Assembly (NCBI GenBank): GCA_964407305.1
Contig: CAYOVC010000002.1
Location: forward strand, 1-32,332
Origin: an uncultured Bacteroidaceae bacterium
Lineage (GTDB): Bacteria; Bacteroidota; Bacteroidia; Bacteroidales; GCA-2748055
Length of the DNA stretch: 32,332 bases
Direction of reading: 5' to 3'
The number at the start of each line of letters is the position of its first letter. The stretch's first letter is position 1. Below the pieces are notes generated by a model that was not told the DNA's origin, did not search any database, and worked only from the letters and a program-made list of their open reading frames with translations. Positions 25,990 to 32,332 of this stretch are shown here, piece by piece. The position numbers and the translations under genes were made by a program.

Positions 25990-28128
25990 TTATCTGCCGT
26001 AGAATATCTTGAGCCGGTTATCTGTTATATCGGCTTTTTCAATCATCGCTTCGTAGGCCTCATAGGTGGCCCTTGACTGGATTGCCATGTTGAGCCTGTT
26101 TCTTATGGGATTATAATTTGCATCCGGATCTGGCTCATCGATATTGTTAACGCTGATCACAAACACGCTGTTTTCACCGATATAGGGTCCGGACAGGGTT
26201 TCCGGCGGGAGGTTCAGCGCTGCACCGACAATGTATGGTTCCAGTCCGATGCCTGGCACATAGGTGTTGGAAAACTGTACCTGGGTAGCTTCCTGCAGCT
26301 CGAGGTTTTTTGCAGCGGCAAATGATCTGATGTCAGCTGCCTCCTCCAGGCCCTCTTGTAATGAGGCTGAAATTATTTCACCTTTCTTCTGTTTTCTTAC
26401 GGCGATTTCAACTTCGGTTCTAACTGATTCGAGGCTGGCGTAACCATCATCTTTAACATCGGTAAGGGCGACCACGATATACTGATCGCCTACTTCGAAG
26501 ATCGAACTGATATCTCCCTCTTCCGCATTGAATGTCCAACCAATCATATTCACCGGGTTTTCCAGTCCGGGTATGGTACGCTGGTCCTTGGATATATCGG
26601 GCACGATTCTCGGGTTCATCCCATACTCCCTGGCCTGCTCTTCGAATTTGCTTACGTTGGTGGCTTTACCCCTGAACTTCACGGCCCTGTTGTAATACTC
26701 CTGGTCGGTCTCGTTACTGGCGTAAACGTTATGAACGATGGTGGCGACCTGGTATTTTTGCACCGGACGGCTCTGGTCTTCGATTTTCAGAATATGAACG
26801 CCAAACCTGGTCGTTGCCTTTACAATATCACCTTTTCTATTTTCAAAGGCAGCATTATTAAAAGGAGTTTCCATCATCCCTTCAGTAAACCAACCCAGGT
26901 CACCACCGATATTTCGGTTGCTCTCATCAGCAGAGTATTCACGGGCAATTTCATTGAAGCTGCCACCCTGATCGATAACGGTTTTCAGGCTGTCGGCAAG
27001 CTCTTCGGCACGCTGTGTGCTGCCCACGACGGAATAACCGATCAGTATGTGCCTGGCCTTGACAGAGTCGGGACGAAACTGTGTATCTCTTACCATTGAA
27101 AGTTTGTACGCATTGTCTTCAAAATAGGGTCCAAAGACCTCTCCGGTTGGAAGGCTCAGCAGTGAATCCCTTAGAATGGGGTTCAGTTCTGATACAGTGT
27201 AAAATTGCGGATCGAATGGTTCATCAGAGACTCCGTTAACATAGGAGACAAGATTCTCTGTTTCGGTCCTTGCGAACTCATCTTTTGTGTGCTGTGTCCA
27301 GAGCAGTGAATTTGCATCATCCTCTTCGCTTGGGACAACGTCGAATGCCACATACTGAATGGATCTCGACTCTTCGCTACTGTATTTTTCTATGTTATTT
27401 TTGTAATAAGCCTTCAAATCGGCATCACTTACTGTTACCTCCTCATCGGGTATGGATGAAAAATTTTGTGCCACAAAGCTGAAATCAACCTTCTTCCCGG
27501 TCTCCATGTGGTGATCGCGGATCTCCAGAGCGGAGGGTCTCAGTCCTTTGGTTACAAGAGCAAGGTACTTTTGGTTCAGTCGCTCCTCCAGGATCTCATT
27601 CTCAATAAAGAGCCATCTTTGTCGTTCCTGGGCATACTCCTCGCGGTCGAGGGAGTTAAAATAATTCATCATAAAGGCCCGGTTGAACTCTCCTGTTTCA
27701 GGATTGGTGAACATCTGGCGGATAATGGGATGCGGCTCGCTAAATGCAACATAGCTTCCTGATCCCATTCCTGCAGTCTGATCGCCGGCGACCATGGCCT
27801 TTAATTCATCGTCGCTGACCTTCAGTCCGATCTGATCATATGATTCATCCATCACGGAGTTACGTACCATTCTTCGCCAGGTTTCATCCTCTACCTGCCG
27901 TTCAATTTCCGGATCCAGGTTCTGGCCGTAGTTCATCTTGTAAAAGTCCATCAAAACTTTTTGCTCTGCCTGGTAATCCTCAATTCCATATGTTTTACCA
28001 TTGATCTCGGCGACCGTCCTGTTCGGCTGGATGTTAAAATCTCCAAGGATAAATCCCAACATTGCAAGTCCGATTGCACCCATTACCAGTATTCCTGCCC
28101 TTTTTCTTATCGTTTCAAGCGTTGCCAT
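25990..28128 (-). CDS. ppiD: PpiD-like periplasmic chaperone / parvulin-type peptidyl-prolyl isomerase (membrane anchored)
   Basis: N-terminal anchor GILVMGAIGLAMLGFILG, a SurA-N-like region, and one parvulin domain (ARHILIGY...GGDLGWFTEG...FGVHILKI). Length 712 aa. Confidence 0.82.
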   Translation of the reverse strand: MATLETIRKRAGILVMGAIGLAMLGFILGDFNIQPNRTVAEINGKTYGIEDYQAEQKVLMDFYKMNYGQNLDPEIERQVEDETWRRMVRNSVMDESYDQIGLKVSDDELKAMVAGDQTAGMGSGSYVAFSEPHPIIRQMFTNPETGEFNRAFMMNYFNSLDREEYAQERQRWLFIENEILEERLNQKYLALVTKGLRPSALEIRDHHMETGKKVDFSFVAQNFSSIPDEEVTVSDADLKAYYKNNIEKYSSEESRSIQYVAFDVVPSEEDDANSLLWTQHTKDEFARTETENLVSYVNGVSDEPFDPQFYTVSELNPILRDSLLSLPTGEVFGPYFEDNAYKLSMVRDTQFRPDSVKARHILIGYSVVGSTQRAEELADSLKTVIDQGGSFNEIAREYSADESNRNIGGDLGWFTEGMMETPFNNAAFENRKGDIVKATTRFGVHILKIEDQSRPVQKYQVATIVHNVYASNETDQEYYNRAVKFRGKATNVSKFEEQAREYGMNPRIVPDISKDQRTIPGLENPVNMIGWTFNAEEGDISSIFEVGDQYIVVALTDVKDDGYASLESVRTEVEIAVRKQKKGEIISASLQEGLEEAADIRSFAAAKNLELQEATQVQFSNTYVPGIGLEPYIVGAALNLPPETLSGPYIGENSVFVISVNNIDEPDPDANYNPIRNRLNMAIQSRATYEAYEAMIEKADITDNRLKIFYGR

Positions 28129-28207
28129 TCAATAAATATTTCTGTTACAGTATTTGTTAAAAATTTTAGCGTACGAATATAGTAATAATAGGTTGAAACA
28201 AAAAGCA

Positions 28208-29470
28208 TCAATGCACATTAAGCTCAACCAGTTCAACGCGGTTTGCGCTTACCTGAAGAATCTTCATATCAAAGTTGTTGATCCGAATGGTTTCATTTTG
28301 ACCCGGTATATTTTTCAGGTGGTAGATGATGAATCCTGCCAGGGTGTCGTATTCCTCCGATTCCGGGATGTCAAGCTGAAAAGTTTCGTTCAGGTAGCTG
28401 ATTTCATGTCTGCCAGAGAGCCTGTAACTATTCTCCCCGGTTTTCTTCATCTCCAGCTCCGCGGTATCATGTTCATCACGGATCTCACCAAAGATCTCCT
28501 CAATCACATCCTCGGTGGTGATCAGTCCGGATGTACCTCCAAATTCATCAAGTACGACGGCGATGCCTTTTCCACTTTTAATAAATGATTTCAGGATCCT
28601 GTTCACAGGAAGGGTTTCAGGAACCACAGGCAGGGTTTTCAGGTAGTTACCGATATGTTCGGGGTTGTGAAACATATCCTTTGAATTAACATATCCGATT
28701 ACATTGTCGATATTGTCGCGATAAATGAGGATCCTGCTCAGACCGGTCTCCGTAAATGTATCAACCAGCTGCTGCACCTCACTTTCAATGTCCATGGCGA
28801 TGATCTCTGTGCGCGGTATCATGCAGTCGCGCACTTTCAGGTTCGAAAGTTCAAGTGCATTTTTGAATATCTTCAGGTCCTTCGTTTCCGGCTCATCTTC
28901 ATCCTGCTCCTGCTTGCTTTCGGTAACGAGGTGACCGAGGTCGACTTTGCCAAAAACCGTCTGTCCGATATTACCTTCCGATTTTACTTTCAGTATATAA
29001 CGCATGGTGAAATTGGAGATACCGATTGAAAGCAGCGAGATCGGGTACAGGAGGATATAAAAAACAAGTGCAGGAAGGGATAACAGGCGCAGGGCACCAT
29101 TCGGATTGATCCTGAAGAGTGTCCGGGGAAAAAATTCCGAAGTAAGCAGTACCAGTATGGTTGCGAAGATCACCTGGAGCAGGATAACCGGTGCCGGGGA
29201 ATCAGTTTGCACCAATTGTTCCACAGGTTTTTTCATCAGGGCCGCGAATGCAATCCCATAGATCACAAGGGCAATTGTATTTCCCACCAGCATGGTGGCA
29301 GTATACCTTGCAGGATGACGGGTAAAAATTGAAATGATTCTTGATGAAAAGACATTGTGCTTTTTGTCGATCTCAATCCTCAGCTTGTTGGAGGTGAGAA
29401 AAGCGATCTCCATGCCGGTGAAGAAAGCTGAGAATAGGAGGGCAATCAATATGACAGGCAGATAGGGCAT
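28208..29470 (-). CDS. CNNM/CorC-HlyC family protein (DUF21 membrane domain, CBS pair, CorC_HlyC domain; TlyC/GldE-like 'hemolysin')
   Basis: Four N-terminal TM helices (DUF21 pattern, FFTGMEIAF). CBS pair (VRDCMIPRTEI...ILIYRDNIDNVIGYV; GIAVVLDEFGGTSGLITTEDVIEEIFGEI). C-terminal transporter-associated domain. Confidence 0.85.
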   Translation of the reverse strand: MPYLPVILIALLFSAFFTGMEIAFLTSNKLRIEIDKKHNVFSSRIISIFTRHPARYTATMLVGNTIALVIYGIAFAALMKKPVEQLVQTDSPAPVILLQVIFATILVLLTSEFFPRTLFRINPNGALRLLSLPALVFYILLYPISLLSIGISNFTMRYILKVKSEGNIGQTVFGKVDLGHLVTESKQEQDEDEPETKDLKIFKNALELSNLKVRDCMIPRTEIIAMDIESEVQQLVDTFTETGLSRILIYRDNIDNVIGYVNSKDMFHNPEHIGNYLKTLPVVPETLPVNRILKSFIKSGKGIAVVLDEFGGTSGLITTEDVIEEIFGEIRDEHDTAELEMKKTGENSYRLSGRHEISYLNETFQLDIPESEEYDTLAGFIIYHLKNIPGQNETIRINNFDMKILQVSANRVELVELNVH

Positions 29471-29472
29471 GC

Positions 29473-29658
29473 TTATCTGTTTGAGATCCTTATTCTCCGC
29501 CTGCGGTAATACATCAGAAAGGCCAGCAAGGCAAACAGCAGGTAATACCAGCTTTCTCCAATACCATTTTCGATTGTGACTTCGATTCCGATAAAGAGCA
29601 TTAGTCCGCCCATGACGAACCAGATTATTTCAAATATAGCTCCGGTATTATTCATCAT
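29473..29658 (-). CDS. small two-helix membrane protein (61 aa), hypothetical
   Basis: Two hydrophobic helices (AIFEIIWFVMGGLMLFIGI, WYYLLFALLAFLMYY) and a basic tail RRRRIRISNR. It fills the otherwise unexplained 177-nt gap between lptC and the CorC-like gene. It overlaps lptC by 11 nt and ends 2 nt before the next start. Confidence 0.45.
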   Translation of the reverse strand: MMNNTGAIFEIIWFVMGGLMLFIGIEVTIENGIGESWYYLLFALLAFLMYYRRRRIRISNR

Positions 29659-30208
29659 CTTTCACATTAACCACTCCCCTGGATCCTATCAGCGTATAGT
29701 CTGTTAGTGACTGGTTGGATTTGAAACCGTTCTGACCATAAAATGTTCCATCTTCGTTCACAATGCGTGTGTAGGAGTGTGAGTATATTTCTTCTTTCTC
29801 TTCATCCCAGAAGAGCTCCTCGGTATCCAGGCGCTCCCCCGATTTAAAATTCTCCGCTATTACGTTTCCAGTCGCGTGCCAGAGCTTTTCATCGTTGTTG
29901 TAAATTGCATAGTTGGCCTGGATCACCGACTCTATCTCCAGATCCTCATCAAAGATATAAACTTTCATACCGTCAGGAAACTCACTGTATGGTTTTTCTG
30001 CGTTATTGAATTGCTTGAGTGATTCGGCAAACATTTGCAGTTTCACCCTTCCCGAGTCGCTGTAAACCACCTCAATATCCTCCCCGATAATATTTGGGTA
30101 CTCTGCCGATGTATTGATCAGGTTGATCTTTTCTATGTCATTTTCACACGCAGGTGTGAGCATAACAATCAACAAAAGCGATATTGTTCTTTGAATGAAC
30201 CGGTTCAT
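29648..30208 (-). CDS. lptC: LptC-like LPS-export periplasmic protein
   Basis: N-terminal anchor or signal (MNRFIQRTISLLLIVMLTPAC), then an LptC-like pattern (ANYAIYNNDEKLWHATGNVIAENFKSGERLDTEELFWDEEKEEIYS...). ATG 30208 is preferred. The GTG at 30325 would overlap the upstream TPR gene by 62 nt. Confidence 0.68.
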   Translation of the reverse strand: MNRFIQRTISLLLIVMLTPACENDIEKINLINTSAEYPNIIGEDIEVVYSDSGRVKLQMFAESLKQFNNAEKPYSEFPDGMKVYIFDEDLEIESVIQANYAIYNNDEKLWHATGNVIAENFKSGERLDTEELFWDEEKEEIYSHSYTRIVNEDGTFYGQNGFKSNQSLTDYTLIGSRGVVNVKDDE

Positions 30209-30263
30209 TGAATAAAAACTACTTCTGACACATATACCCTGCGGGCAGGTTGAAAACTTTACT

Positions 30264-31607
30264 TTAATTTCTGGCACGCACGGTGGTGTATTCGTTGATA
30301 CAGCCCTTGACGTGGTATGAATCACCTTCTTTCAGTGTTCTGAAGAAAATCTCTTCACCGTCCGGATACTGCGATACATAATCGTTCAGCCGTTTATCCG
30401 CCTGAGAGGCTGTGGTGGGATCAACATTTTTTGCCTTGATATATTTATCGGCAGCTGCCCAGAATGCAGTACTTCTCTCAAAGGCATCCCCCAGGTTTTC
30501 GCGGCTCTCAATGTATGCATCTCCAAGGAGGATATAGGCTTCTCCCATAGAAGGATCGTTTTTAACAGCTTCGCGGGCATAGTCGATGGCCTGACAAATA
30601 TTTCCCTTGATCCTGGTTATCTGTGCCAGTTCATAGTAATACCTCGCTGTCTCCTCATTACTGCCATCACCATTGATCGCTTCGAGATAATACTGTGTTG
30701 CCTTGTCGTAAATCTCTTTTGTAACAAACAGCCGGGCCAGCTTGTAAGCCGATTCATGGTCGGGCTGGATTTTATACAGTTGCTCAGACGCTTTGGCATA
30801 CATGTCCGATCTGTCGCAACCACTGTTATAATAAAAATCGAGCATTTTATTCAAAAAGGCTTCATCATTTTTGTTCTTTTCGAACCTGGGCTCGTAATAC
30901 TCGTTCAATGCCTCACATGTAAGAATTCCTTCGCCCAGCATAAAGTCATCAACTGTTGTTTTTGCCCGCTTAAAACGCCTGTCATTCGGGTTTCTTTCAA
31001 GTTTTGCGTCAATCACTTCACTGGCAGTGAAGTAATCTTTGATCGTCTGGTCCTGATCCAACTCCCCCGCTTTGTGCAATGACACACTGGTGTTCATATA
31101 TAGAATGAGGATCGCATCCCTTGCACCTTCAGGATCCAGCTCCACGCTTTTGGCCAGGTATCCGTATGCCTCTTCGATCGATTCAAGGTTATCTTTTCTG
31201 TACCTCAGCAGATCAGTTGCTTTTCTTCCGAGCACGTTGGCCTCATCGTTGAAATACTCCATCCTTTTGTCGTAAATCTGCATGATGGTATCAATAAGAG
31301 CTTCGACCACATCCGGATTCTTCTCTGCAGAGATGAATTTCTTGAACATCGTTACTCCGTCGACGTACATATTCTGACTAGAGGCCGGACAATCATTATA
31401 TACTTTTCTCCAGGAATTAATGGCATCCTTATAATTATTGTGCTTATAAAACTCCCTGTATAGCGAGAGGTTCATCAGGCAATTGATGCTGTCCTGTCCC
31501 TGTCCGTATTTTGAACCCTCCGAGGCTCCGGTCTGCGTGAATGCAGGGACCATCATCATGAGTGCCAGGATCGCTGCCGTTATTGTTCTGATCGCTAAAG
31601 TTTTCAT
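30264..31607 (-). CDS. secreted tetratricopeptide-repeat (TPR) protein
   Basis: Signal peptide MKTLAIRTITAAILALMMMVPAFTQ. Repeated A-x-x-Y-Y/A-x-x-x-G helical-hairpin motifs are present (AINSWRKVY, AYKLARLF, ATQYYLEAI, ARYYYELAQI, AIDYAREAV, AYILLGDAY). Confidence 0.8.
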   Translation of the reverse strand: MKTLAIRTITAAILALMMMVPAFTQTGASEGSKYGQGQDSINCLMNLSLYREFYKHNNYKDAINSWRKVYNDCPASSQNMYVDGVTMFKKFISAEKNPDVVEALIDTIMQIYDKRMEYFNDEANVLGRKATDLLRYRKDNLESIEEAYGYLAKSVELDPEGARDAILILYMNTSVSLHKAGELDQDQTIKDYFTASEVIDAKLERNPNDRRFKRAKTTVDDFMLGEGILTCEALNEYYEPRFEKNKNDEAFLNKMLDFYYNSGCDRSDMYAKASEQLYKIQPDHESAYKLARLFVTKEIYDKATQYYLEAINGDGSNEETARYYYELAQITRIKGNICQAIDYAREAVKNDPSMGEAYILLGDAYIESRENLGDAFERSTAFWAAADKYIKAKNVDPTTASQADKRLNDYVSQYPDGEEIFFRTLKEGDSYHVKGCINEYTTVRARN

Positions 31608-31636
31608 CTTCTTTCAATAATTTCCTGTGCCAAACG

Positions 31637-32332
31637 TTAATCAAATTTCCTTTTGTAGAACCAAAGATCGTGCAAAGTTACATTAAATGTTATAATACCA
31701 TAATTTTCCTTTATCAAATTATTCTCTAACGTACCTCTTGAACCATAGGTAAATGCAATGTTCAATGACGATTTCGTTCTACCTAGTGGAAAACCTACTC
31801 CAAAAGTTATGCCATAATCTTTCAGCTGGTAATCGCCGATCTTCACGTACGACTCATTCATAAATCCCCCAACCCTGTAACTCATTAGGTTATGGTATCC
31901 CCTGAACGCATTGAAGTCGGGTGTATATTCAATCCCCGCCCGGAGCGATCTTGCGGTGGACAGGTCAAATCCTTCAACAGCGAGTGCGCTGTTGCCGACC
32001 GCTGCCCAGTCCTGCTGATAATAATCGCCCGTAACGGTCAGTTTCCCTGGAATACCCATGGCCACTCCCACCCCGATTTTTGTTGGTATTGTAATGGTAC
32101 GGTCCGACTGGTCATTGATGATATCGACACCGGGAGTGACAAGAACGGAATCCTGACTGAATCCCGGTGATCCAAGGAAATCGTTTGTTACCGACGAGTT
32201 AAATGCCGAATTGAGGTTGGCTTCCATATCGTAGGTCCCTCCGATCGTGAAGAAAAATTTCCTCCCGAAAATCTCTTTGTACTGTAGTCCGAATCCGAAA
32301 TAGGTATGGCTGATAACGATCTCATCCAGTGC
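31637..32332 (-). CDS. outer-membrane beta-barrel (porin-like) protein, 5' end outside the window
   Basis: My hand translation upstream of the Met at 32227 stays open to the window edge (ALDEIVISHTYFGFGLQYKEIFGRKFFFTIGGTYD-M...). Alternating hydrophobic/aromatic beta-strand pattern throughout (GITFGVGFPLG, LNIAFTYGS, IITFNVTL). Confidence 0.65.
   Translation of the reverse strand, partial: ALDEIVISHTYFGFGLQYKEIFGRKFFFTIGGTYDMEANLNSAFNSSVTNDFLGSPGFSQDSVLVTPGVDIINDQSDRTITIPTKIGVGVAMGIPGKLTVTGDYYQQDWAAVGNSALAVEGFDLSTARSLRAGIEYTPDFNAFRGYHNLMSYRVGGFMNESYVKIGDYQLKDYGITFGVGFPLGRTKSSLNIAFTYGSRGTLENNLIKENYGIITFNVTLHDLWFYKRKFD

Noticed and set aside
28129-28207. Search for a TAnnTTTG promoter upstream of the PpiD-like gene
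   Set aside because: Only partial matches are present (for example TATATTCG on the minus strand, with a TTTG about 17 nt upstream). This is too weak to report as a feature.
1-32332. Window-wide look for CRISPR arrays, tRNA/rRNA genes, transposases/integrases, toxin-antitoxin or defence-system genes, and long repeats
   Set aside because: None was seen. Every intergenic gap is under 200 bp, and every substantial ORF is accounted for by housekeeping or envelope functions. I do not claim a novel mobile or defence system here.

Overview
This window looks like a core chromosomal segment of a Bacteroidota-type genome. Supporting signs are the gene order, the absence of Shine-Dalgarno sequences, TAnnTTTG-like -7 boxes and an FtsL-like gene. 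The centre (10715..25925, + strand) is a complete, tightly packed division/cell-wall (dcw) cluster: mraZ-rsmH-ftsL(like)-ftsI-murE-mraY-murD-ftsW-murG-murC-ftsQ(like)-ftsA-ftsZ. It is preceded by four 10-bp-phased GTGGG repeats (a likely MraZ operator) and closed by one strong bidirectional terminator. Upstream are housekeeping or envelope genes: an orphan lipoprotein, an AhpD/CMD-like protein, miaB, a LiaF-like membrane protein, yebC, a two-gene unit of membrane protein plus soluble histidine kinase, a SPOR protein, a long-form amidophosphoribosyltransferase, and an N-acyltransferase/O-acyltransferase pair that resembles the Bacteroidota glycine-lipid (GlsB/GlsA, OlsB/OlsA-like) genes. Downstream, on the minus strand, is an envelope-biogenesis block: a partial beta-barrel OMP, a TPR protein, LptC-like, a 61-aa membrane protein, a CNNM/CorC-HlyC protein and a PpiD-like chaperone. 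I found no tRNA or rRNA genes, CRISPR arrays, transposases, integrases or recognisable defence genes. I therefore cannot support a claim that a novel mobile or defence system is present. The items most worth follow-up are: (i) the translationally coupled polytopic membrane protein plus cytoplasmic PAS-kinase with a C-X9-C-X5-C-X2-C cluster and no response regulator in the window; (ii) the MraZ-box array in the intergenic region shared with the divergent lipid genes; (iii) a ~75-aa low-complexity insertion inside the MiaB radical-SAM core; (iv) a ~40-aa extension beyond the FtsA-binding peptide of FtsZ; and (v) a small membrane ORF wedged between lptC and the CorC-like gene. All functional calls come from reading motifs by eye, since no searches could be run.
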